DNA of 64,000 nt from positions 4,526 to 68,525 of the forward strand of contig JBBQZD010000001.1 in the NCBI GenBank assembly GCA_038208045.1, written 5' to 3'. The position numbers and the translations under genes are program-made. The notes beneath the pieces were generated by a model. The model ran no database searches and was not told where the DNA came from. It worked only from the letters and a program-made list of their open reading frames with translations. This document shows, in pieces, positions 34,657-43,693 of this stretch. This DNA is from Gemmatimonadales bacterium (lineage in GTDB: Bacteria > Gemmatimonadota > Gemmatimonadetes > Gemmatimonadales > Gemmatimonadaceae). Each line of letters opens with the position of its first letter. The first letter of the stretch is position 1.

Positions 34657-35687
34657 TGGTTCTCCGGCGGGCGTGCGAGGTATGGCGGCGTGAACGTGCC
34701 GTCGCGCATTGCCAGGCGCAGCGAGTCGACCAGGTGCGTGGTGCGTGCCGGGATCACCGAGACCAGGGCAGGATTTGCCACCCACCGCATGACGTCGCTC
34801 CGTGTGTCGAGCGTGATGACGCGCGGCCTGAACGTCCCGGCCTTCACGTCGCGGGCCACTGTGAGGAAGGCATGCGGCAGGTCGATCACCACGGAGCCGA
34901 GGGTCACGGTGGGCGCCACGGCGTTCTGGTCGGAATTGGAGCCGATGATGTAGACGCCCTTCGACTCCTTGGCGGCCTGGAAGATGCCGAGGCCGGCCGC
35001 ATCGGCGTTCTGGTAGATGACGTCCACTCCTCGCGCAATCTGTGCCAGCGCCTGTTCCTTGCCGGCGCTGGCGTCTTCCCAGTTGCCGAGGTAGGCCGTG
35101 ATGACCCTTGCACGCGGGTTCACGGCGTGCACCCCGGCGGTGAACGCCGCGAACCCCGACTTCACGGGCGGAAGCTCCGTCCCGCCGATGCAACCGATCA
35201 TTCCCGAGTGGCTGACGCTCGCGGCCACGAGGCCGGCGAGGTACGATGGCTCCTCGAAGGCAAAGGACATGGCCGCCACGTTGGCGCTGGTCCGCGTGCC
35301 GCCGGTCGTGATGTAGATCGTGCGTGGATACAGCGGTCCGACGCGGGCGGCGGCATCCTGAAACTCGAATCCGTGTCCGAAGACCAGTGCGTACCCCTGG
35401 GCGCCATACTGGCGGAAGTTCTCCTCGAACTCCGCGGGCGTCTTCGTCTGGATATGGCTGACCTGTGCGCCCAGCGAATCGCGAATTCGCATCAGACCGG
35501 CATAGGCGCCGCCGTTCCACGACTGATCCGAGATGGGGCCAGGCGTCAACAACGCCACGCCGAATGACAGTTTGGCGGTAGCGGCGGAGTCATTCTTCGA
35601 TGCCGAGCACGCACCGAGCATTCCCACAGCGATGTGGAAAAAACAGATAACCCGAATGACTGACCGGTTACGAATAATATATAACAT
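34653..35687 (-). CDS. BMP family (PnrA/Med-like) ABC transporter substrate-binding lipoprotein
   Basis: Signal MLYIIRNRSVIRVICFFHIAVGMLGAC, then the BMP-family pattern (GPISDQSWNGGAY...GHGFEF...). The stop overlaps the NIF3 ATG (ATGA). The 5' end is unusually AT-rich. Confidence 0.8.
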   Translation of the reverse strand: MLYIIRNRSVIRVICFFHIAVGMLGACSASKNDSAATAKLSFGVALLTPGPISDQSWNGGAYAGLMRIRDSLGAQVSHIQTKTPAEFEENFRQYGAQGYALVFGHGFEFQDAAARVGPLYPRTIYITTGGTRTSANVAAMSFAFEEPSYLAGLVAASVSHSGMIGCIGGTELPPVKSGFAAFTAGVHAVNPRARVITAYLGNWEDASAGKEQALAQIARGVDVIYQNADAAGLGIFQAAKESKGVYIIGSNSDQNAVAPTVTLGSVVIDLPHAFLTVARDVKAGTFRPRVITLDTRSDVMRWVANPALVSVIPARTTHLVDSLRLAMRDGTFTPPYLARPPENQ

Positions 35688-35791
35688 GTTTATTGGTAAT
35701 AACTTATAGAAATATAGCAAACAAATGAAGTGTGTTTTCCGCGCCTGTTGATAACACGAAAGTCTGTGCATTCATCGGCTGGTGCCACGAA

Positions 35792-36214
35792 TCAGATGAC
35801 GGTCTGTTCGTGACCACTCGTTGTCTGCTGGTCCCCCACGAGACGGATATCCGTCATCCGCACGCCGCCGTTGATGCGCGCGCCCTCGAGCACCACGATG
35901 GACTTGGTGTCAATGTCCCCGTTCACCATCGCCGAGCTCTGCAACTCCAGGCGTTCGTCGGCGACGATCGTGCCATCCACCACACCGCCGATCACCACTT
36001 CTCCTGCGTGCACGTTGCCGTGAATTGCCCCGCCACGACCCAGGAGCAACTGGCGTGCGCCGGTCACGGACCCATCGATGCGGCCATCGATCTTCAGGGT
36101 GCCCGTCGACTCCACGTCGCCCGTGACGTGCGTTCCCGCCGCGATGATCGACAGCGACGCTTCGGCCCCGGCGGCGCGTTCGCCCTTCTCGGTGTTCTTG
36201 CTCAGTAGTGCCAC
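35792..36214 (-). CDS. bactofilin family cytoskeletal protein
   Basis: 140 aa with repetitive beta-helix pattern: TGDVESTGTLKIDGRIDGSVTGARQLLLGRGGAIHGNVHAGEVVIGGVVDGTIVADERLELQSSAMVNGDIDTKSIVVLEGARINGGV. Confidence 0.85.
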   Translation of the reverse strand: MALLSKNTEKGERAAGAEASLSIIAAGTHVTGDVESTGTLKIDGRIDGSVTGARQLLLGRGGAIHGNVHAGEVVIGGVVDGTIVADERLELQSSAMVNGDIDTKSIVVLEGARINGGVRMTDIRLVGDQQTTSGHEQTVI

Positions 36215-36228
36215 GATGTCTTCCTCGG

Positions 36229-36780
36229 TTAGTGCGTGGTGTCGTTGGGTGCCTTCGCGGCCGCGGCCTTCTTCTTCGACGTGTCAGCGGCTGCGCTCGG
36301 CAGGACCTTGCCTGCCGGGGAAGTCTTTGCCGGTTTCTCGGGCGGTGGGGTGACAGGCGCCGGCACCTTGGTTGCGCCGGTCGTTTCCGACATGCCCTTG
36401 GCGGGCGCAGTGGTCCGGGTCGGCGCCGCGCTCAGCATCTGCTGGACCTGCTCATACCGTTTTTGCAGCTGCCCGAGCGTCGCCTGAAGCGTGTCGATCT
36501 TCGCGGCGTCACTCTCGAGGTGCGCGATGCGCTTGGTGAGGAACGGCACGCGCGCGGTCTGGATGGCAAAGTAACCCCAGCTCAGCGCAACCAGTGTCAG
36601 CACGAGCGCAAACCAGCGTGAGGTGACGAGGCGCAGGGCCTGCACCTGCCACGGACGCAACGTCAGTGTCCGATGTGCGAGGCCGTTCTCTCGTTGCACG
36701 TGAATGAACATGCTGCCCGAGCCACGGCCGAACACGTTGCCGTGCCGGTGATCCCTGGACTCGTGCGTGGTCCTGCTCAC
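36229..36780 (-). CDS. hypothetical bitopic membrane protein with coiled coil and Pro/Ala/Lys-rich tail
   Basis: TM segment WFALVLTLVALSWGYFAIQTA, coiled coil LTKRIAHLESDAAKIDTLQATLGQLQKRYEQVQQML, low-complexity tail. The GTG start overlaps the parB stop (GTGA). Confidence 0.6.
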   Translation of the reverse strand: MSRTTHESRDHRHGNVFGRGSGSMFIHVQRENGLAHRTLTLRPWQVQALRLVTSRWFALVLTLVALSWGYFAIQTARVPFLTKRIAHLESDAAKIDTLQATLGQLQKRYEQVQQMLSAAPTRTTAPAKGMSETTGATKVPAPVTPPPEKPAKTSPAGKVLPSAAADTSKKKAAAAKAPNDTTH

Positions 36781-37697
36781 GCCATCCCCCGCTCGGCTGT
36801 GCCGAGCAGAAGTTCGAGGAGACGCGAGAGGTCCTCGTTGTTGTAGAAGGAAAGTCGGATCTCGCCTTGGGCCTTGCCGCCAAGCGCGAGCTTGACATCC
36901 GTCTGGTACCGTCGCCGCAGCTGTTCTTCAATGAGGCGCGCTTCGGCCGGTCGTGAATCGCCGGCGACGGAACTGCCCTGCTTGGCCTTGCGTCCGCGGC
37001 CACCCGTGGTCTCGCGCACGCGCTGTTCCACCTCACGCACGCTCAGGCCATCGGTCACGACGATCCTGGCCAGATCGGCTATGCGAACGTCGTCGCCAAG
37101 CGCGAGCAGTGCGCGCGCATGTCCGAGCGACAGCGCGCCCTCGCGCACCTGTCGGCGCACGGAGGCTGGAAGTCCGAGCAGCCGCAACATGTTGGCAACG
37201 GTCGAGCGATCCTTGCCGACGATGTCCGAGGTCTCCTGCTGCGTGATCGAGAAGGTCGACATCAACTGCTGGTACCCCTCGGCCTCTTCGATCGGATTGA
37301 GGTCCGTGCGCTGCAGATTCTCGACGAGGGCGAGCGTGAGCAACTCCTTGTCACCGATTTCCTTGATGATCGCGGGAATGTCGGTCCATCCGAGTCGTTG
37401 GGCCGCGCGAAAGCGCCGCTCACCGGCGATGAGTTCATAGCCGCTGCCGGACGGTGCGGGCCGCACGGTGACGGGCTGCAGCAAACCGTTCACCCGCAGG
37501 CTCGACTCGAGGTCGGCAAGATCCGCTTCGCGAAATTCCTTGCGTGGCTGCATGGGATTCGGACGAATCTGCGCCATGGACAGGCGCCGCAACCCCTCGC
37601 GATCCGCGTGGGTGCGAGGCATTGATTCCGTTCGTGCGGTGGGCCTGCTTGAGAGCAGAGCCTCAAGGCCTCTACCGAGGCGCGGTTTGTCGGCCAT
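36777..37697 (-). CDS. parB: chromosome partitioning protein ParB
   Basis: 306 aa: MADKPRLGRGLEALL, GERRFRAA box, HTH. Confidence 0.95.
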   Translation of the reverse strand: MADKPRLGRGLEALLSSRPTARTESMPRTHADREGLRRLSMAQIRPNPMQPRKEFREADLADLESSLRVNGLLQPVTVRPAPSGSGYELIAGERRFRAAQRLGWTDIPAIIKEIGDKELLTLALVENLQRTDLNPIEEAEGYQQLMSTFSITQQETSDIVGKDRSTVANMLRLLGLPASVRRQVREGALSLGHARALLALGDDVRIADLARIVVTDGLSVREVEQRVRETTGGRGRKAKQGSSVAGDSRPAEARLIEEQLRRRYQTDVKLALGGKAQGEIRLSFYNNEDLSRLLELLLGTAERGMA

Positions 37698-37758
37698 ATG
37701 TCCCTATTATGTTGCTATGATGCTGCTATAATGGCGTGATTATCTGCCATTTTCGACA

Positions 37759-38562
37759 CTAAACGGCGATGTTTTCGCGATTATCGGCCTTTGTCTTCTC
37801 GATCAACTCCTTCGCGACGCCCATATAAGCTTGTGCGCCGACGGACGCGAGATCGTACAGGATGATCGGTTTGCCGAAGCTTGGGGCCTCCGCCAGGCGC
37901 ACGTTCCTCGGCACCACGCTATGAAAGACCTTGGCGCCGAAGTACTCGCGTGCGTCGGCTGCAACCTGCCGCGAGAGGTTGAGGCGCGCGTCGTACATGG
38001 TCAACAGCACCCCATCTATTCCAAGCGACGGATTCACGCCCTGCTGTACGAGGTTCACCGTGTTCAGTAACTGACTGAGCCCCTCGAGCGCGTAGTACTC
38101 GCACTGTAGTGGTATGAGCACGGCATCGGCCGCGGCCAGCATATTCAAGGTGATCAACCCCAGGGACGGCGGACAGTCAATCAGAATGAACTCATAGTCG
38201 CCGGTCACCATCTCCAGCGCCCGGCGCATCGAAAGCTCCCGGTCTTCCTTGTTCACCAGTTCCACCTCGGCGCCCGCCAGATCAGGCGTCGCCGGGAGCA
38301 CATCGAGAAAACGGAACTGCACCTCCTTCACGATGGCCGTGTCAATGGCGGACGGATCAAGGAGCACGTCGTATGTCGTGTCTCGCAGGTCTTCGCGCGA
38401 GAGACCTATGCCGCTCGTGGCGTTTCCCTGAGGATCCCCGTCGATCAAGAGCACGCGCTGCTCGGCGGCCGCAAGACAGGCGGCGAGGTTCACGGCGGTG
38501 GTGGTCTTGCCGACTCCACCCTTCTGGTTGGCAATCGCGATGATACGGGCCAAGGGGCGCAC
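37759..38562 (-). CDS. parA: chromosome partitioning ATPase ParA (Soj)
   Basis: IIAIANQKGGVGKTTTAVNLA deviant Walker A. GTG start at 38562 preferred; the track ORF extends to a TTG at 38586. Confidence 0.95.
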   Translation of the reverse strand: MRPLARIIAIANQKGGVGKTTTAVNLAACLAAAEQRVLLIDGDPQGNATSGIGLSREDLRDTTYDVLLDPSAIDTAIVKEVQFRFLDVLPATPDLAGAEVELVNKEDRELSMRRALEMVTGDYEFILIDCPPSLGLITLNMLAAADAVLIPLQCEYYALEGLSQLLNTVNLVQQGVNPSLGIDGVLLTMYDARLNLSRQVAADAREYFGAKVFHSVVPRNVRLAEAPSFGKPIILYDLASVGAQAYMGVAKELIEKTKADNRENIAV

Positions 38563-38642
38563 GACTCCAGCAAAGGTCCGGCACAAATAGAGAAGCGGGA
38601 GGCCGTATTATGGCCCCCCGCCCGGTCAATTGCTAGCCAAAA

Positions 38643-38658
38643 TGTTCCACGTGGAACA
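38643..38658. promoter_or_regulatory. parS centromere site TGTTCCACGTGGAACA (perfect 16-bp palindrome)
   Basis: Matches the parS consensus tGTTnCACGTGnAACa. It lies ~60-80 nt upstream of parA and is the only full site seen in the window. Confidence 0.85.
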
Positions 38659-38725
38659 ATGACATGGGTGCCGGAGCCGCTCTGTCAGCGGCCTTCGCAC
38701 CGAGGCCGACTCGCCGAGCTGAAGC

Positions 38726-39472
38726 CTACTCGCGTACCGCCCATCGTACGGTAACCGTTTCCGTCACCTTCAGTTCGCCAGGGTTCACTGGGGTTGGCCC
38801 CATTTCTGAGGATAGTTTCATTTGACGCGCGGGCGCATAGTCAACCATCGGAAAATCGTGGGAGGCGGACGCGATGATCTCGAGCAATCCGCCCAGCTGC
38901 AATCCGGCGGCCTTCACCATCGCCTCGGCATCCAGCTTTGCCGCCGACACCGCACGAGCCATCGCCTCACGGTGTGCCTCGACGGACTTGGAGGAGAAGA
39001 AGTTCAGCCCGCCAATCCCGCTGGCTCCTTTGGCCAGGCCAGCGTCAATGAGAATGCCCGTTTGGTCGAGTTTCAGCACCTCCACCCGCACCGAATTGCT
39101 GGCCACGTAGCCGGAGACCTTCGGCGGCAGCCCCTGCCCGGGATAGACCATCTCCGGGGCGACTTGCAGGTTGGACGTCTGCATCTTGTCGACGGCGACG
39201 CCAAGCCGCTGCAGCGTATCAATGACCGCCCGCTGCCGGCGGCTGTTCTCCGCCGCCGCCGCCGCCGCGGTGCTTGCCCTGGTCTCGACCGTGAACATCA
39301 CACTGGCGCGATCGGGCTTCAGTTCGACCTCGCCACGCGCGGTCGTGACAATCTGAGGCACTGGCGGCGAAGACGGCTGCTGTGCCCCGGCGACGATTGG
39401 ATGTAATGCGCCGAGGCCAAGCACCAAGGCAGACACAACGGAAAGCGACCGAATGATTGACGTACGACGCAT
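38726..39472 (-). CDS. SIMPL (DUF541) domain periplasmic protein
   Basis: Signal peptide, then ARGEVELKPDRASVMFTVETRASTAAAAAAENSRRQRAVIDTLQRLG..., the typical SIMPL pattern. Confidence 0.75.
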   Translation of the reverse strand: MRRTSIIRSLSVVSALVLGLGALHPIVAGAQQPSSPPVPQIVTTARGEVELKPDRASVMFTVETRASTAAAAAAENSRRQRAVIDTLQRLGVAVDKMQTSNLQVAPEMVYPGQGLPPKVSGYVASNSVRVEVLKLDQTGILIDAGLAKGASGIGGLNFFSSKSVEAHREAMARAVSAAKLDAEAMVKAAGLQLGGLLEIIASASHDFPMVDYAPARQMKLSSEMGPTPVNPGELKVTETVTVRWAVRE

Positions 39473-39579
39473 CGAAAGATCCTCGAAAAGCAGGGAAGAA
39501 GAAGCTCAACTAATAAGTAGCTAAATGATACTATTAAAACGGCACAGGGCGTTTAAACAGCGTTGCGTCCGTCCTGGAG

Positions 39580-41634
39580 TTATCGCGCTTCGCGCCAGGC
39601 CGCCATCAGCGAGTCGCGTTGCAGCGGCAAATACTGGAGTGGCGCATCAACCCGCGTGCCCGCGCGCTTCAATAGGTATACCGGGCGGCCGGCGAATTGT
39701 GCCAGCAACAGGGAATCACGACCCTGCAGATCCCGCGCGTAGACATTGTCGCCGGTCGTGATCAGGCGCAGCGGTGCGTAGTGCAAAAAGCCCGCGCGGT
39801 CATCCTCGATGTGCTGCAGGCAGGCGGGGGTGTAGCGCGCACCGGGACGCATGCGCTCCGTGGGATCGGGTGTGAGTGTGCTCTTCTGTACCACGGCCGA
39901 GTCACGCGCGAGCACGACGGCGAGCCGCTGCTCGGCCGCGAATCCGCGCACGCCTTCGCGCTCGAGGTCAGTGATCTCACGCTCGAGGTCACACGCGTCG
40001 GTGCCGCGATAGACCGACTCGGTCTTGGCGCGTGACACCCCGAGCCCCCAGAGCCGCGCCACGAGCTGTGCCCCCCAGCTTTCGCGCACGAAGACGAGCG
40101 CGCCGCGCACGCCGGCTTGCTCTGCGCGGCGGGCGTAGTCTACGCGCATCGACGTGAGTCCCGCGCGGTACGATGCCAGGCGTACCGGGAGATTGAAGAC
40201 CAACGCCCCCACGATGCCGAACGCGAGCGCGGCCGTGACGCCGCGGCGCAGGTGTGCCGACGTCAGGCGGTCAGCCACGACACGCGGCACGCGCGCTGCC
40301 CACAGGACGAGCACGGGCAGCAGTGGAAGAACGAAACGTGGACCGAGATAGAATCCGTCGTGCCAGTAGAGCAGGTAGAAGACGATGAGGAGCGCGCCGG
40401 AGCCGAGGAGATACTTGTCCAGGGCGCCGAGGCGTGCGCGCGTGAAGAACAGGGCGCCAACCGGCAGCAGGAGCGACGGAAACGGCGTCTCGAACAGGTA
40501 GGTCTGCAGCCGCCACTGGTAGAGCGAGGCGAGCGCGAGGCCGCGCAGCGGCGTATGCGGTGCCCCCCACGGCGCGGCATGGAAGCCCAACCCGTGCGTG
40601 GCGCCCCACAGCACTTCGTAGCCAAACAGGAGCGGTTGTCCCGTGGTCTGCAGGTTCACGTACATCATGGCGGCAAACGGAAGCGCGACGCCAAGACCGG
40701 CGATGACATTTTGAGTCCAGCGCCGCCAGTCGCTTCCCGCGCGCGCAACGAGCCACAGGGCTGCGGGGAGCGCGAACGCAAAGGCGTCAAGCGGCCGGAT
40801 GGTGGCGGCCGCACCGAGTCCGACGCCAACGGCCAGGCTGAGCGCTACGGTTCTCGGGCGCAGGGACGTGGCGTGGACGCGTCCTGCCGCCGCGGCATCG
40901 TCCGCGACGAGTGCGACGAGCGCGACGACCGCCACGAGGATAAAGAGCAGCGCGGTGACGTGGTTCATGTACGAGCCGAACATGAAGACGCCGAAGGGAG
41001 CGAGCGCAAACAGCAGCGTGGCGCCGACCACCCAGCCGTCCGACGCATCGGGTTCCGCGGCGCGAGCGATGCGTGAGAAGAGCCAGACGATGAGCGCGCC
41101 GCAGACCGGCCCCACCAGCCACGGTGCGCCAGCCATCACGCCGAGCCAGAGCATGAACGGTCCGCCGGAGGGAAACTGCGAGTACACCCGGTCTCCGGTG
41201 TCCACGAGGTGCAGGTACGAAAAGAACTCGCGATGCAACGGCGTCGGAATCCACAGGTGGCCTTCAGCGTATCGCTGTGCCTGCCAGAGCTGCGCCAGTT
41301 CGTCGATGAGCAATGGCCGGCGTGAGAAGACCACCGTCGCCACGAGCGCATAGAGCATCAAGGAGCCAAATGCGACCAATGCCACGCGCGCCGCGAGCCC
41401 CCACGGATGGGCCTGCCGCGGCGCGATGGACGGCCAGTGGCCGCGACGGGACGCCATCCACGCCAGCAGCGCGACGCCGAACGTCAGTGCGGTGCCCGTG
41501 CCCCAGTCCCGCAGCTGGGTGGAGAGTCCGGACATCTCGAGTCCGACGTCGAGCAATGCGGCGAACGGGATGAAGCCGAGCACGACGAGCACGAAGCCCG
41601 CCGCGCGCGCCGGCCAGACACCCCGGTCGTTCAC
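39580..41634 (-). CDS. GT-C fold (family 39 / ArnT-like) membrane glycosyltransferase with C-terminal soluble domain
   Basis: About 12 predicted TM helices; acidic first-loop motif LLIDELAQLWQAQRYAEG. The family call is from the pattern only. Confidence 0.5.
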   Translation of the reverse strand: MNDRGVWPARAAGFVLVVLGFIPFAALLDVGLEMSGLSTQLRDWGTGTALTFGVALLAWMASRRGHWPSIAPRQAHPWGLAARVALVAFGSLMLYALVATVVFSRRPLLIDELAQLWQAQRYAEGHLWIPTPLHREFFSYLHLVDTGDRVYSQFPSGGPFMLWLGVMAGAPWLVGPVCGALIVWLFSRIARAAEPDASDGWVVGATLLFALAPFGVFMFGSYMNHVTALLFILVAVVALVALVADDAAAAGRVHATSLRPRTVALSLAVGVGLGAAATIRPLDAFAFALPAALWLVARAGSDWRRWTQNVIAGLGVALPFAAMMYVNLQTTGQPLLFGYEVLWGATHGLGFHAAPWGAPHTPLRGLALASLYQWRLQTYLFETPFPSLLLPVGALFFTRARLGALDKYLLGSGALLIVFYLLYWHDGFYLGPRFVLPLLPVLVLWAARVPRVVADRLTSAHLRRGVTAALAFGIVGALVFNLPVRLASYRAGLTSMRVDYARRAEQAGVRGALVFVRESWGAQLVARLWGLGVSRAKTESVYRGTDACDLEREITDLEREGVRGFAAEQRLAVVLARDSAVVQKSTLTPDPTERMRPGARYTPACLQHIEDDRAGFLHYAPLRLITTGDNVYARDLQGRDSLLLAQFAGRPVYLLKRAGTRVDAPLQYLPLQRDSLMAAWREAR

Positions 41635-43598
41635 GCCACTCCAGCGGGAGAGGGGCCGCGCCGCCCGCGCCAGCGTTCCACCTCGAGCACGAGGTTCTGC
41701 AAGTCGGCCGGGCTCACGCCCGATAACCGGGCGGCCATCGCCAGCGACGTCGGCTGACGTGCGGAGAGCTTCTGGCGGGCCTCGATGGAAAGCGACTTCA
41801 GCGTCGCGTACGGCAGGTCGGACGGCAGCGCGAAATCGCCCATGCGCTGCAAGCGGTCGGCCGCTTCGCGCTCGCGCGCGAAGTACGTGACGTACTTGAT
41901 CTCGAGTTCGGCAGTCACCACGGCCTCGCCCGTCGGCGCATCGTCCACGCCGGCGGCGACGAACAGGTCGGCGAGGCCGATGTTCTGCCGGCGGGCGAGC
42001 TCGATGAGTTTCACCGACTGCGCCAGCGGTGCCGAACCCTGGCGCTCGAGCAGCGCGCGCGCCTGCTCGGGGCGCACGCTCGTCTCGGTGGCGATCCTGG
42101 CCGCGCGGTCTTCGTCGCGCAGGCGCGCGTCGATGGCACGCTGCTCGTCGTCGCCATAGAGGCCCAGCGACACGCCGACATGCGCGAGTCGCCGCAGCGC
42201 ATTGTCCTGCCGGACGGTCAAACGGAACTCGCTGCGCGACGTGAACAGTCGGTACGGTTCGTCCACGCCGCGCGAGACGATGTCATCCACGAGGACGCCG
42301 ATGTACGACGTGTCGCGGCCGAGGATGAGCGACTCGCGCTCCTGCACGGCGAGGCCGGCGTTGAGCCCCGCGACGAGTCCCTGCCCCGCGGCTTCCTCGT
42401 ACCCGGTGGTGCCGTTGACCTGTCCAGCCAGGTAGAGCCCCGGAATCTGCCGCACGGCGAGCGTCGGCTCGAGCTGCGTGGGCGGATAGTAGTCGTACTC
42501 GATGGCATAGCCCGCGCGCGTCATCTGCACCTGCCCGAGCCCGGGCACCGAGCGCAGCATCTCGAGCTGCACTTCGGCCGGGAGCGACGTGGAGAGGCCA
42601 TTCACATACAGTTCGTGCGTGTCCAGCCCCTCGGGCTCGAGAAAGACCTGATGCCGCTCCGCATCGGCGAAGCGGATGATCTTGTCCTCGATGCTCGGGC
42701 AGTAACGTGGACCGCGGCTGTCGATGGAGCCGCCGTACATGGCGCTGGCGCCGATGTTGTCGGAGACGATCTGCTTGAGATCGGAGCCGGTGTAGGTGAT
42801 CCAGCAGGGGAGCTGGGGTAACGAATCGCTACGCTCTACGCGGTCCGTCGTCCGCGGTACGGGCGCACGTGTTGGCGGGCGTCCCTCGTGTGGCGTCCCG
42901 AAGTGCGACCAGCGATAGTCGAAGTCGGCGAGTTCGCTGTGCTGGGCCGTGCACTTCGAGTAATCGACGCTCCGGCCATCGATGCGCGGTGGCGTGCCGG
43001 TCTTGAAGCGGCGCACCTCGAGGCCCACGTCGGCGAGCTGCTCGGCGAGGTGGGTGGTGGCGTTCTCGCCCGCCCGCCCGCCGGCCAGCTGCGTGGTGGT
43101 GCCGATATGGATCTTCCCGCGGCCAAACGTCCCCGTCGTGACCACCACGGCGCGCGCGCCGAAGCGGCGCTGCTCCAGCGTCTCGACGCCGACCACGCGG
43201 CCGTGCGCGATGAGCAGGCGGGCGACCGTGCCCTGAATGGCGGTGACGTTCGGGTGCGATTCGACGATGGATCGCACGGCGCGGCGGTACAGCCCGCGGT
43301 CGCACTGCGCGCGCGGCGCCCAGACGGCTGGACCCTTGCTCCGGTTGAGCATCCGGAACTGGATGGACGCGCGGTCGGTGGCGCGTCCCATGACGCCGCC
43401 CAGGGCATCCACTTCGCGAACGACGGTCCCCTTGGCGACGCCGCCGATGGCCGGGTTGCACGACATCTGCCCGATGGTCTCGAGCGCGCTCGTGATGAGC
43501 GCCACGCGGCAGCCCAGGCGCGCGGCGGCGACGGCGGCTTCGGTGCCGGCGTGCCCGCCGCCGATGACGACGACGTCGAAGGAGGATTCGGTGCGCAT
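41631..43598 (-). CDS. mnmG: tRNA uridine 5-carboxymethylaminomethyl modification enzyme MnmG (GidA)
   Basis: 655 aa: FDVVVIGGGHAGTEAA FAD motif. Internally longer than E. coli GidA around residues ~230-260. Confidence 0.95.
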   Translation of the reverse strand: MRTESSFDVVVIGGGHAGTEAAVAAARLGCRVALITSALETIGQMSCNPAIGGVAKGTVVREVDALGGVMGRATDRASIQFRMLNRSKGPAVWAPRAQCDRGLYRRAVRSIVESHPNVTAIQGTVARLLIAHGRVVGVETLEQRRFGARAVVVTTGTFGRGKIHIGTTTQLAGGRAGENATTHLAEQLADVGLEVRRFKTGTPPRIDGRSVDYSKCTAQHSELADFDYRWSHFGTPHEGRPPTRAPVPRTTDRVERSDSLPQLPCWITYTGSDLKQIVSDNIGASAMYGGSIDSRGPRYCPSIEDKIIRFADAERHQVFLEPEGLDTHELYVNGLSTSLPAEVQLEMLRSVPGLGQVQMTRAGYAIEYDYYPPTQLEPTLAVRQIPGLYLAGQVNGTTGYEEAAGQGLVAGLNAGLAVQERESLILGRDTSYIGVLVDDIVSRGVDEPYRLFTSRSEFRLTVRQDNALRRLAHVGVSLGLYGDDEQRAIDARLRDEDRAARIATETSVRPEQARALLERQGSAPLAQSVKLIELARRQNIGLADLFVAAGVDDAPTGEAVVTAELEIKYVTYFAREREAADRLQRMGDFALPSDLPYATLKSLSIEARQKLSARQPTSLAMAARLSGVSPADLQNLVLEVERWRGRRGPSPAGVA

Positions 43599-43693
43599 GG
43601 GGGGAGCCGAAATGTACGACCGCCGACGGTCGAACGGGATCGTGCGAGCGACCGAGGACGTTAGATTCCTGCATTCCCCAGCCGGACGTCCCG

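Noticed and set aside
33883-35520. 545-aa composite ORF
   Set aside because: Only the last 257 aa (NIF3, from ATG 34656) are credible. The upstream part overlaps the BMP lipoprotein gene in another frame.
39473-39579. AT-rich spacer between the SIMPL gene and the GT39-like gene, considered as a possible small RNA or origin element
   Set aside because: It has no DnaA-box-like motifs or conserved structure. It contains a plausible SD (GAGGA) and promoter-like AT-rich sequence for the SIMPL gene, so ordinary promoter DNA is the simplest reading.
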